From positions 14,012,001-14,076,000 of the forward strand of contig NC_087249.1 of assembly GCF_037042905.1 (NCBI RefSeq): a DNA stretch of 64,000 nucleotides. The letters are read 5' to 3'. The stretch is from Lytechinus pictus. Lineage: Eukaryota. This document shows, one piece after another, positions 27,301 through 39,370 of this stretch. Under the pieces are notes generated by a model. The model ran no database searches. It was not told where the DNA came from and saw only the letters and a list, made by a program, of their open reading frames with translations. The number at the start of each line of letters is the position of its first letter. The stretch's first letter is position 1. A program made the position numbers and the translations under genes.

Positions 27301-30300
27301 GTTTAATGTAAGACCATTTTTTTCAGAAGAGGGAAAGAGCACTAATATTTAACGCCTTAAAGACCGACATCATTCTCTCCTCAGATTATAAAAATTACCA
27401 CCATTTCAAATAATTTTTTTCCTCGCTTTGCTTTACATTCCGATTAAGTTTTACCCCAAAGCGGGTGACGAAATGTCCGATGCCATAAACTGTAATAAGA
27501 ATTTACAACAATCAAGAACAAGGCTAATGATAACTGAAATTGATTACTAAACAATTAAGGTCATGAATGTTGAGGGAAAAAACGAGGGAAGCGGGGAATG
27601 TCTTTTTTGTTCCCCAACTGTCCCTGCTACATATCGGTAAGGATTAACCAAAGCTACAGGCACATTAAAGCAACCGACTCCAAACCGACCGATAATATGC
27701 CATTGGAAAATAACGTTAAAACGTTGGTCGGTCTGGAGTCGGATTAATTGGTGTGACTGTGGCATAGATAGGGAGTCCTTTGCATAGCGACGTTCCGAGG
27801 AGTCATAAAACAGAGTAAATGTATTGTCAAATGTCCGTGGTGACAAAGAAGAGCAAATAAACCTTTCTCGAAAATTGGTGAATAAAAACAGCCTTGATTC
27901 TGGACAATCGACGTATTCGCAAGTGTTTGTCAGCTCTGAAACGTAGGACGAACTGCTGCTCGATCCAGTTCACCAATTTTCGACAAAGACATCTAGTTGT
28001 TCGTTGTCTTTATTTTGACGGTCATTTGACAATTCATTTACTCTGTTCTTGAATCATCATCCTACGTCGTCGAGCCAAAACTCCCTATTGACCGATGACG
28101 TACCCGGTTCTCTCGTTTCAGCTCCAGTACTTCTGGCTCTCTGGACCTGCTCATCCGATTGATTTCGGTCTCGTCCTCTTTTCTTACCGCCTCTCCTGTA
28201 TCTGGCTCTTCCACTCTCACTGTCTTGTGGGATAACAGGCATCCTGTTCAGTGATGCCCGCGTATCACCTAATGATACTGGGGTGCTGCTATCAGGTACT
28301 TGTGAGGATGCAGGCGAGGTACTCATTGCGTCTTCGAGTTTGATAAGGATTTTCGGATGAATCTGAAGTGGTGTAAAAGAAAAAAAAATCTGGGTTATTA
28401 TTATTTATCTGTCCTCAAAATTATTCCTTTTTAAGAAAATCTTACTGTTTCTGGCTCTTCAGGTCACAACAACAATTCATCAAGAAATTGTAATGATTTC
28501 TTTAACACGAATTAAGAAACGTATATACATTTAGCAAATTGAAAAATAAAAGAATAAGTGCGATGAGAATTTGAGTGAGAGACATTTTTCTCTTGTAAAT
28601 AAATTCATGTTCATTGATATTACTGAAAAATTATAGGTCATTTGAGAGGTTTAAAATCAATGGGAGCACTGTCTAGGAATTCTAGGGACAAAAATGGAGG
28701 TATATCCAAAGGAAGGAATCTTCGGGGGAGACAAGGCAGGATGGAGCTGCTTCGTGTGGTATAAGAATATTCTTCATGTTCTTTGAGTATATCACGGAAA
28801 GCAATGGAGAGAAGAAATTTGATTATCGTTGAGGAACATGTTTAGAAATACAGAAAATTGAAGACAAATAACAGTTTTACTCGTGCACTTTTTGTACAAA
28901 TTTGAATAGGCAAATACCCCTGCCACCTGTAACGCATCCCGCCCCGTCCACACCCCACCCCCGATCCGCACATGTCACTTCTTTCACTTTTTCTGGATCA
29001 GTCAATGATTGTGTTCAAAAATCAAAATCGTAAAATATTTCATTGCTATAAACATTTTTTGCCACAGATCTTTCCTTGACATGATCTTAGTGCACTGAGC
29101 TTAACTGTCGTGTTATCTAACGTATATCGTGATAGTTGTCCTCAGTAATGCCTGAATCCTTTTTCTAAGGACAAATGATATTGTATTCCTTTATATTGCA
29201 GTAACGGCTTCATAAATACGCCAATGCTATTAGTTCGGCACTCATCCGTGGTCGGGGTTTTCCCTAAATGGTTTTCTTTTATCTAGCACAGTTTGTTTAC
29301 TTCTGACAATCCAGGTTTCTTGAACCACTTGAGTATTTGACCGAACTTCATTTTTAAAAAAATCACAAAATTGTCTATTTTCATGATTATAAATGTTCGA
29401 AATCAACATTAGTCTGTCTGATTATAAGTTGATTTATATTTGTTATCTCCATATATACTTGTATACCGAAAAGGTTTTTCCTGACACCGGAAAGCACACT
29501 GTATATCGCCATACCAGAGAGGTGTTGAGCCAGCATCAGTTTAGGTTTAAATCGAGGTCGTTTTACATTAATTGATCGGCTGATATGGCCTTTTATTTGC
29601 ATCCAAGATAAAATCATACATTTAACATGATAAAACAATATTTAAAATATTATAAAGAGGCAAGGGATAAAAAAGCAAAATACAATTTTAGAGATAACAA
29701 TTACAATGACATTGACTTGCATTGTTTAAACTTTTGGTGTTTGGTGTTACAGCGTTTCAGAAAATTATTGTCGGATGTTTTATTCGATGTAATCGGTTTT
29801 ATCCGACAGTTACCATTGTAGCAGGCAGACACCTGTCCTTCCTAGACTAGTTAATTAAAATCAAAGAACGTTGTCAACTTGCCAATTGCCACATACTGGG
29901 GGTGGATTCATCCATCATTTTTTGTCCGACAAGTTGACAGATCTGACAACTTTCTTTGAATTTGATTGACCGAGAGGCAATGATAGCTGTCGGATAGAAC
30001 AGAGTTTGTCGGATAAAACGTCCGACAAGGACAGGCCCTTTCATGAGACGCTTCCCATGTCTTCTTGTCAGTCCGACTAACACGTTGCCTACTTGAACCT
30101 GGTGATAAAAACCTACATAATAGCAAATCTTAGTACTTAGCAATAATCTTACCTCGGGGGTTACTGCTTTTAGAACTTCTTTAAGTTCATGTAACGAATG
30201 AACGTCCTGTAAGGAATGAAGATCTCTATCAGGCTTCGACTCTGTCTCTACTCCCAAGACATTCCCTTGACCACTAGCCATCAAAAATGCAAACTTGTTC

Positions 30301-31001
30301 TCCCGTCTTTCACCATTCATGAAGCCTTTTTGTCCACTCTCACCTTCAGTTGGCATCCCACAATTACAAGTCTTGCCAACTTCTGAAAGTCTTTCTTCCA
30401 GCAACGCCACCCTCTCCAAGAGCCGCGCTTGTGCATTACTCCACGAAATCAAAATGAATGCCATGGATAAAGTCACCAAAAGAGCAGCACAAGGAACAAG
30501 CACCGTTAAAATGAATCTCGCTGCTCCCAGACCATGTGTCCTTGAGTGGTTTACACTCTGGCTAGGAAACCTAAGTAAAGGTCTGTTTGGTTCTTCTGAT
30601 GTGTTTTGCACTCTTAATGAAGATGTGTCCTGGGAGTCCGGCTCATAGATATGTCTTTGAGAAGTCAGCAATGTTCTGTTTGATTCTTTTGACATGGTTG
30701 GCATGCTTGAAGATGTGCTCTTACACATGTTAGACTCCGGCTCATAGATATGGCTTGGAGAAGTCAGCAATGTTCTGTTCGGTTCTTTTGACTCTGTTGA
30801 CACATACACATTTGACGTTGTGCCTTCTGTGTCCAGCCCCTGGTAATCTCTCGGGTGTCCAGTCCGGAACCTGTGACATTTGCAGGAGACCCTAATTCGG
30901 TCATGGTTTTCCTCTAGGTGAATCTCTGCGATGTCTTGTAGAGTTCTGCAGCTGGTCATAGACTTCAAGGGATCATGATAGGTGCCTAATGAAGTCTGCA
31001 T
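24346..31001 (-). CDS. TNF-superfamily ligand (type II membrane protein, Eiger/EDA-like), 5 coding exons, ~493 aa
   Basis: Exons (minus): 31001-30153 (long cytoplasmic N-terminus, TM FILTVLVPCAALLVTLSMAFILISW, coiled coil), 28362-28188 (alternative donor 28104; furin-like RARYRR), 26740-26669 (GVHFQA, strand A), 25690-25542 (WVPYW..VTVRTPGLYYVYSQ), 24582-24346 (TCFIGGLVYL..TSYFGMFRV, stop). GLYYVYSQ and SYFGMF are TNF-homology-domain hallmarks. Phases 0/1/1/0 are consistent. 5'UTR acceptor at 31090 and an upstream donor at 31560. Confidence 0.9.
27029..27245 (+). mobile_element. tRNA-derived SINE of a second family, in TNF intron
   Basis: GGTGTGTTGGCTCAGTTGGTAGAGC A box and a degenerate B box (AATTCAAGTCCC); no closing acceptor stem; continues into a SINE-type body. 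An opposite-strand SINE head lies at ~26860-26957. Confidence 0.65.
29873..30105. repeat. Dispersed MITE-like repeat family (tgtccgacaa/ctgacaacttt motif); related pieces at ~23440-23585, ~26045-26200, ~59330-59495
   Basis: 26046 caggttcaagtaggcag..gttagtcggactgacaagaagac is the reverse complement of 30059-30100. Confidence 0.6.
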
Positions 31002-32178
31002 ATTGTCAACATTCCTGAGAGGATTTGGATGAAAATCAGTCAAAAACGGCTGATCTGATTATATAATCGGTGTTACTTTCTTGAAATGTCTTGGTAAAAA
31101 AAAAAGAAACAGTTACAGCACTAACCATGTAAAGATGAATGATATGAATAATGTTTCATTGTATTAAATGGCAAGGGTATTCACTTCAGCTATAAATCTG
31201 CACTCCCAGTAGGTCTGCATGCATCGAATTGATTCAATAAATGTACCATTTTATCATATTCCAATACTTATCTATATATATCCGAATCGTACAAACGATG
31301 TTTAAAGACTTCTAGGAATCTTCCAATCGTCCATTTCTTATCATTATTAGCAACCCTTTATTTTTATAGTCAAATAACTCTTCAAACAAAGGAAATTAAT
31401 TGGTAGATGATCTAGTAAAAAAATACTGTGTTCTAGTAAAATGCGAATAATGTCAAATTTTGTTGAAATAAATTCTACACTCAGACCCCCCCCCCCACCC
31501 CCCCTTGTTTAGCTTGTCACTTCAACTAGCCTGGTGCCATTATACAGCATATATACTCACCTGCTCAAAGCAATCATGCCAGGCCGCAGACTGTTTAGAA
31601 CAATGCAATCAAAGATTAAAACTCCAAAATTAATTCCAATGCAACAATGATTGCAGGTCCATTCACTTCATCGGTATACAGTAATGATCATCCACTTTTT
31701 CCATACGGAAACCCTGAACATCCGGACGGATATGAATTTTTATTTCAGCCGGGGTTGCATAATGAAGTTCGTCAGCCTTCCGAATACCAAACTTTGACAC
31801 CAGATAGAGTTTTCCTTCCAGAAGTGTGCCGACTTTAGATAGTCCGAATTGGACAAAGACACTAATTCCAAAATATTAAGCCGCAGTGACTGGGCCTGGG
31901 TTACGATGGTACATTGCCATGTTACATTGGTTGTCGTTTGTTTTCATGCGTGATGCTCGACAGAGTCATTAATTTGGGGGCAAAGTCCTTCTTTTGTGGC
32001 TTTGTTATATATATCTGTGTATTTCCGATTTTTTTTTTCGAACCTTATTCAGGATCCCAAAAGCGTGGGTAGACCGGTTCTGATCCAGGTACCCTTGAAC
32101 TGTTAAATAGAGCAGGGTATGCCATGGGGGTAATTTCATTATATGGTTGTATCATCCTCTTATGAAAAATATATTTAA

Positions 32179-32579
32179 AGGGATGCTCCGGGCTGGAGAT
32201 ATTTATATCTCAATCATAAATAGAATACAGTTCACAGAGCAAAATGCTGAAAATTTGATCAAAATCGGATAACAAATAACGAAGTCATTGAATTTTAAAG
32301 ATTTGCATTATTCCGGTGAAACAGTTCTCGGCATGTTTTCATGAATATTCGTTAGGTGCGCTGATGATGTCATATCCCCACTTGTTCTTTTTTTCTTCTT
32401 TTTTTTAATGAAATTAGGTTATTCAAAACTGTTCTACTAAGAACTAAAACAATTGGATTGACAACTAATTAAGTACATTAGTTATTTCTTGCTGCAACTT
32501 ATTTCATGAAAAGTTTTCAGCGTAATGCTTGTTTGATGTTTGGAATAAAATCAAAAATTTTCTGGGGTGGACTTGACCA
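32179..32579. mobile_element. Degenerate TTAA-flanked MITE (Kolobok-like)
   Basis: ttaa|agggatgctccgggctg ... ctggggtggacttgacca|ttaa; interior resembles other copies, e.g. an inverted one near 53100-53370. Confidence 0.55.
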
Positions 32580-33548
32580 TTAATAATGCAAGTACATTCA
32601 ATACATAATTACATTAGAAATCCACAAATACCGACATAGCAATTTTCTTTTGCCATTAACACTTTAAAAGTGTTAATGGCAAACACATATCTCCAGGAAA
32701 ACAAAAGAAAAAATTATTTTGTTTTCCTGGAGATATGTGTAGCTTCCTTAACTAAAATACGGACCCAGCAGCCAGCAGGTCAGATTTGTAAATTTTAACC
32801 AAAAAAGTGATAAATCAGATTGGGGGCGAGTAAGGTCATTTTCACGGGGCTCGTCATCACAAAAAAGGTAATAGATGGTATAGTATTATGTACACGGTTA
32901 TAGATATAGGGCCTACCCCGTAAACATAGCTCTTGACATGCTTAATGTGATAAATACACACCATGTAAGATACATTTTTGGACACCATTCTGTCTGTCTT
33001 CTAACTACTTCGTTCGCTTGCACATGAGCAGACAACGAAGATATTGGAACCTTTCATGTAGATGGCGCTGTTCCAGTAAATTAGTTCAGTGCTGTATACC
33101 TATATCCCTGAAATACCAATTCGATATTGCCATCATGTTGCAACAGCTAATTCCAAACATCTTTGTGATAAGAGTAGTCACGACTGTACAGACTCTTGAA
33201 ATCAGTTTAGACACTATTTTTCTACAAGTTCCGAATGTGTATATTATATCAATTACAAAAATTACAGAAAGACCAAAACATTTTCTAATTCATACTGACA
33301 ACTCTAAAAACCTTTTTTTAAGGGCTAATCTACTTTTGTTAACTTTTGTTAAATCTAAATACTAACGGACAAGAAATTTTTGTACAAGACGAATTGTCTG
33401 ATAACACATCAAAGTTTACCGGTGTAGTCTTATCAATAAATGACAACCCCCCCCCTCCCATTCCACCCCATTCCATCCCATCCCATCCCTCTCCCCTCTC
33501 CCTCTCCTACGGAGCTCCTCAAACAATGAAAAGGGTAAAAGATAAGTT

Positions 33549-33620
33549 AGGGGACACCCGGGTTTGAACCGGGGACCTCTCGATCTGCAGTCGAATGCTC
33601 TACCACTGAGCTATATCCCC
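33549..33620 (-). tRNA. tRNA-Cys(GCA)
   Basis: 72 nt, GGGGATATAGCTCAGTGGTAGAGCATTCGACTGCAGATCGAGAGGTCCCCGGTTCAAACCCGGGTGTCCCCT; cloverleaf with intact A and B boxes and U73. Confidence 0.95.
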
Positions 33621-33734
33621 TTCATGTTTTATTGAGGGGATAATAGAGATTGAACTTCCTTCCTGTAGTGGATAGAAACGGATGACTGGACATCACGGAT
33701 GACGAAACAACAATGCAATGATGACCATGAACCA

Positions 33735-34008
33735 GGGCCCCGTCTTACAAAGAGTTACGATTGATCCAATCAATCGTAACTCTATGGAAATCCATCAGTG
33801 TCATAATTTTTTCTACAGGAAATTTGCACAATGTCCTTTGTAAACTAAAAGAAGCGCTGTGAATTTTCAAGAAAACAATGATTGCACGAATATACATCAG
33901 CATAGCAAGAAATATTTTGAACAAACATGAATAATACATGTTGACGTTGCTGGCCGTCCATAGTTGTGATTGATCGGATCAATCGCAACTCTTTGTAAGA
34001 CGGGGCCC
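33735..34008. mobile_element. MITE with long TIRs (PIF/Harbinger-like ends)
   Basis: GGGCCCCGTCTTACAAAGAGTTACGATTGATCC ... GGATCAATCGCAACTCTTTGTAAGACGGGGCCC. Confidence 0.85.
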
Positions 34009-34554
34009 CGACCCACTTTTAAATCTCTAGTTAAATAAGGTTTTGACAACGCAATATGTTTCACAACGCCAAAACCCTGTTACTGATGGTGGGAATCGGA
34101 TATAAATAGGCTTACCAATTTTTTCGTAAAAAATTGAAATTCCTTAAAACAAACAAATTGATTTATCCTAAAATAAGTGAGGACTGTACCTCCCCCTCTG
34201 GCGCCCTCATCTCTTTCTTTGTTTCTTTTTATTTTCTTTCTTTCTTTCTCTCTTTCTCCCCCACTTCCTCTTTCCCAGCCCCCTTTTAATGGGAGGATTA
34301 TTTGACCCTTTGCCTACTTGATGTTTATTTTCACCATATATGCTATATGTGACTGAAAAATATCGACCCCCTTCCCAATTCCCTGTGCACCCTTGTAGTT
34401 TCCATGGTTACTTCCATCGTTATTGACAATTTTGACATATTAATCAACAATATCTTTAATGCAATGTGAAATCTCCCTTCTCTGAAAAGAAATATACATT
34501 TATTGCCTTAGTGGTCCCTATTGTGCCACCATGGAAAGTAAAATAGCAATGATC

Positions 34555-35696
34555 AGGGGACACCCGGGTTCGAACCGGGGACCTCTCGATCTGCAGTCGA
34601 CTCCGACATATGGAAAACTAGCGGACAGAAGGTCCTCGCTGCACGCGCGCACCCTTATAACACGCAGAATTCCCTTGCATCATACCCTTTTTTCACAAAC
34701 AAATGTGTATCAAGGACAAGTGTTGATTCATATAGAATTTCCGCCCCCCTGAAATGAATGTTAACAACTTCTTCTATCAGATGACCATAACTTTTTAAAA
34801 ATTCAATTGGTGGGAAATGTGGCACTTTATTACATTAAAATCACTCAAAACCATCCATAGTCAGGAATATGTATTGGGATAATGGGTTTGGGGGACATTT
34901 TTATAGTACCCGGGTGGATTATATCCGTCGTCACATCGGTGGGTGATGGTATCAAAAATTTCCGCCCAGATGATAATAAAGGGCACATTGTAAGGCAAAT
35001 ACTCATTAAAGAACCACGGAGATTGGTTAATAAGGAAATAGTGCACTTTTATCATCAAATCAGAGGAGATTTTCTTTGTGATAGTGATGTCCGAAGAGCA
35101 ATCCTACACTCGACGTGCATTCAACATATAGGGCTGGACAGAGTTTTTGTGTACGTCGGTGTGTTGTTCGAGTCACAGCGGTTTTCTAGCTCTTTCCATT
35201 GCAGTGCTGAACATTTTATTAGGTATGTATAAATATATATACATTGTTAGTCCGAACTATAGATATAAATATATCAGATACCGTTATTTTTGCCAACAAA
35301 AATCAATTTTATTCTCTGAAAGTTGGATATGTCTCTGAAAACTGTGACGGGTCAATTATGTATACGAGGGGTGCATCCTAGCTTACCACTGCATAGGTAA
35401 GTCTGAAAATTAAGTTTTGCTTATTCCTTTCACTTTATAATTATGTTTTAAATGTTCAAACAACAATAATTTATGAAATCGACACAAAATATTGTGAATC
35501 AACGCTGAAACATTATTTGTGTATACATTTTATCCCTCTGTAATGCTATCTCCCCCATAAAGCCACAATGGAACATTCTGCACCGCTAGTCATACGATGA
35601 TCGCGAGGTCTGCAAACGTCGTCTGCTATGTTTTTACATGTCCGCTACACTGTATGCAAGTTTTCGATATATGCTCTACCACTGAGCTATATCCCC
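34555..35696 (-). pseudogene. tRNA-Cys(GCA) gene split by a 1070-bp insertion (3' part 34555-34600, 5' part 35671-35696)
   Basis: Joining 34600 to 35671 restores an exact 72-nt canonical copy (..ctgcagtcga|atgctctacc..). Confidence 0.9.
34601..35670. mobile_element. Insertion inside the tRNA-Cys anticodon stem; probable non-autonomous DNA element
   Basis: Left end (ctccgac)ATATGGAAAACTAGCGGACA and right end TGTCCGCT(acactgtatgca)AGTTTTCGATAT form an imperfect inverted repeat. No exact target-site duplication is visible. Confidence 0.65.
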
Positions 35697-36951
35697 TTCA
35701 TGCAGTACAATTTTTATGATATAGACTTGAAATAGTGGGTACAGAAGCGAATGGTTGGTCGAGAGGAGATAACGAAACAACCGTGAATCAGACCTGCAAA
35801 ATAAACCAACGTCCTAGCCTTTACCCAAGGGTTCAATAATTAAGAAATAATATTAATTCACAACTTTATTTCACAGTATTCCTAAAACGAAGACTTAAGA
35901 TCTGACTTTCTCAATCAATTGCTGTTAAATATTTTGTTAGTTTGATATTAAATCTTTTTTCATAGAACCTTCCATCTAGCCCAAGTCAATCCCAAAACAA
36001 AATCCATACGAGCATGACTACAAAACGCTAAAACTGTCATCAAAATCTGATGTAAAATTATGACATTTAAAATTTCGCTCGATCTAAAAAAAACCCAGTC
36101 ATACACGAAACTGCTGGTATGCAAACGGGGCAGGTGGTATGACGTCACTATTTGTTTCGTATTTATGAACTACGAGATACATTTGTACGTGTTTTCAATT
36201 AAAAGTTTCTCTACTTTCCATTAAAAAACAGTCCATTTGCTGAGATAGAATCACCCATTTTGAAGCTGTACAATATTTTGTGAAAATAAGAGAAAATTTG
36301 AAACGTCGTAATACCTTCCTATTTCACAATTGACTTTGACGATTTCTGTTTTCCAGTGTGGCGCGTTATTTTGTTTATTCTTCTATATATATATATATCT
36401 ATTCAAATCAGTATGTCGTTAGTTGGGACCAGATTATCGTCACAAGCCATTTCCTGAAGGTGAATTTTCCTGCAATAGAAAAACGAAAAGCGAGATTATC
36501 ACATTGGTTTGGGACATGGCCCTGGGAAGCAGGGGTGCTGATGGGGGTGACCCCCAAGGACTGGCGTAAATCCTTGCGTCACACGGGCGGGGGTAGTGAT
36601 CTATTGTTCCACTCCACCCGCCCACCCCTGAACAAAAAGTGTGACGCAAAAATTTACGCCAGTGCCCCCAAGATTTTCCTTGGGGGGTGATGCGTTTATT
36701 ATTCTCCATAGGCAACACCCCCAGATATTATGGGAGGTGTGTAAAAATGGAAAAAAAATGTAACAAAAATGACCTTCATTGTGTTATGAACCCCACCCCC
36801 CCCCCCTTTTTTTTTTTTGGGGGGGGGCTTTTTAAATTTCTTTGGACCGAAATGGAAATGACCTCAAGTTTGTAGTGAAAGCAATTTTTTTCTTCATTTT
36901 TTTATTTTCAAATTTAAATCAGCGACCCCAGTTTAAAAAGTTTTTAAGACG

Positions 36952-36989
36952 TCTGCAGTCGAATGTTCTACCACTGAACTATATACCCC
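36952..36989 (-). pseudogene. tRNA-Cys 5'-half fragment, degenerate
   Basis: tctgcagtcgaatgttctaccactgaactatatacccc; T-arm and 3' acceptor strand are missing. Confidence 0.8.
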
Positions 36990-37250
36990 TTCTTAAAGGA
37001 CCCGGAGAAAAAGATACACATGAGTTAGATAGATATAGGAGAAAATTCTGTTAAAAATAATATTGCTTGTTGTGCATAAATTCGTGAAAATATATGTCAT
37101 AATTCCTTTAGCTACATCCAAATTAGTTGGAAGACTTTAAATATAATGTTCTTTTATGTTTCTCTGTGAATTCTTATAAACTGGTGGACTTGACCTGGAA
37201 GTATTGGTTTTATCGGATTTTCTTATTATTTTTGAAAAGGGTAAAATAGC

Positions 37251-37322
37251 AGGGGACACCCGGGTTCGAACCGGGGACCTATCGATCTGCAGTCGAATGC
37301 TCTACCACTGAGCTATATCCCC
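37251..37322 (-). tRNA. tRNA-Cys(GCA), G43T variant
   Basis: Full-length copy with one change (acctAtcga); T4 terminator runs downstream. Confidence 0.9.
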
Positions 37323-37938
37323 TTCTTGTTTACAGACGAATCCAGCCCAAACAAACGTTGTTTTACAAGGAAAATGACAAATCAGACGAGTAGATACATG
37401 TATATAGGTGAAAATGTGACCAATGTCGAACAGACGAACAACAAAAAAATTTTGAATTTTTAAAAGTGGTAAAAATGTGTAATCACTATATACCTATGCA
37501 TACTTCAAATTGGCCACATTGTTCAGGATTTACAATTCCGTTTGCTCCAATACTATGGATGGCCAAAATGTCATTTCCCCCCCCCAAAAAAAAAATCATC
37601 TTTTCCCATGAGGACATAAAAGAAAATGACATATAAAATGAAATATCATCACCCCCCCCCCCCGCCGCCGCCATTAAATTACACCTATCATGCCATGACC
37701 TACACAAGACGGATGATTTCGCTTTATCACCCGTGTTGTGCATGATAACTCTTTCGTGAAAAATAAGGAAAAAAATATCATAATTTTTTTTAGCTTATAC
37801 ATCCAAATTTGATGGGGGATTTCAATATAATGCTACTTAAGTTTCTTTATCAATTCAAATCAAATGTAGTGTTGGACTTGACCTAGAAGTGTTGGATTTA
37901 TTGGATTTTCTTGTTATTTTGGAAAAGGGTAAAATAGC

Positions 37939-38010
37939 AGGGGACACCCGGGTTCGAACCGGGGACCTCTCGATCTGCAGTCGAATGCTCTACCACTGAG
38001 CTATATCCCC
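37939..38010 (-). tRNA. tRNA-Cys(GCA)
   Basis: Consensus 72-nt copy in a ~680-bp unit. Confidence 0.95.
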
Positions 38011-38618
38011 TTCTTGTTTACAGGCGAATCCAGCCCAAACAAACGTTGTTTTACGAGGAAAATGACAAATCAGACGAGTAGATACATGTATACAGATGAA
38101 AATGTGACCAATGTCGAACAGACGAACAACAAAAAAGTTATGAATTTTTAAAAGTGGTAAAAATTTGTAATCACTATATACCTATGCATACTTCAAATTG
38201 GCCACATTGGTAAGGATTTACAATTCCATTTACTCCAATACTATGGATGGCCAAAATGTCATTTTTTCCCCCAAAAAAATAATCTTTTCCCATGAGGACA
38301 TAAAAGAAAATGAGATATGAAATTAAATATCATCACCCCCCCCCCCGCCGCCATTAAATTACACCTATCATGCCATGACCTACACAAGACGGATGATTTC
38401 GCTTTATCACCCGTGTTGTGCATGATAACTCTTTCGTGAAAACTAAGAAAAAAAATGTCATAATTTTGTTTAGCTTATATATCCAAATTTGATGTGGTAT
38501 TTCAATATAATGCTACTTAAGTTTCTTTATCAATTCAAATCAAATGTAGTCATGGACTTGACCTAGAAGTGTTGGATTTATCGGATTTTCTTGTTATTTT
38601 GAAAAAGGGTAAAATAGC

Positions 38619-38690
38619 AGGGGACACCCGGGTTCGAACCGGGGACCTCTCGATCTGCAGTCGAATGCTCTACCACTGAGCTATATCCCC
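38619..38690 (-). tRNA. tRNA-Cys(GCA)
   Basis: Consensus 72-nt copy. Confidence 0.95.
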
Positions 38691-39298
38691 TTTTTGTTTA
38701 CAGGCGAATCCAGCCCAAATAAACGTTGTTTTACGAGGAAAATGACAAATCAGACGAGTAGATACATGTATATAAGTGATAATGTGACCAATATCTGACA
38801 AACAATAAGAAAGTTATACATTTTTAAAAGTGGTAAAAATTTGTTATCACTGTTCTTATATGCATACTTCAAATTGGCCACATTGGTAAGGATTTACAAT
38901 TCCATTTACCCCAATACTATGGATGGCCAAAATGTCATTTTCCCCCCCAAAACAATCATCTTTTCCCATGAGGACATAAAAGAAAATGAGATATGAAATG
39001 AAATATCATCACCCCCCCCCCCCCCGCCGCCATTAAATTACACCTATCATGCCATGACCTACACAAGACGGATGATTTCGCTTTGTCACCCGTGTTGTGC
39101 ATGATAACTCTTTCGTGAAAAATAAGGGGAAAAAATATCATAATTTTTTTTAGCTTATACATCCAAATTTGATGTGGTATTTCAATATAATGCTACTTAG
39201 GTTTCTTTATCAATTCAAATCAAATGTCGTGGTGGACTTGACCTAGAAGTGTTGGATTTATCGGATTTTCTTGTTATTTTGAAAAAGGGTAAAATAGC

Positions 39299-39370
39299 AG
39301 GGGATACCCGGGTTCGAACCGGGGACCTCTCGATCTGCAGTCGAATGCTCTACCACTGAGCTATATCCCC
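39299..39370 (-). tRNA. tRNA-Cys(GCA)
   Basis: Full copy; acceptor-stem variant TATCCCC giving full Watson-Crick pairing. Confidence 0.95.

Noticed and set aside
29874-30152. C-terminal extension of the 389-aa ORF
   Set aside because: It lies beyond the GAG|GTAAGA donor and consists of a dispersed repeat.
31700-31720. NF-kB-like site (AGGGTTTCC) near the TNF 5' exon
   Set aside because: It does not fit the full GGGRNNYYCC consensus, and a single short match is expected by chance.
34601-35670. Insert as a tRNA intron or a split-tRNA system
   Set aside because: It sits at 27/28 rather than 37/38, is over 1 kb long, contains T-runs that would terminate Pol III, and has no evident bulge-helix-bulge.
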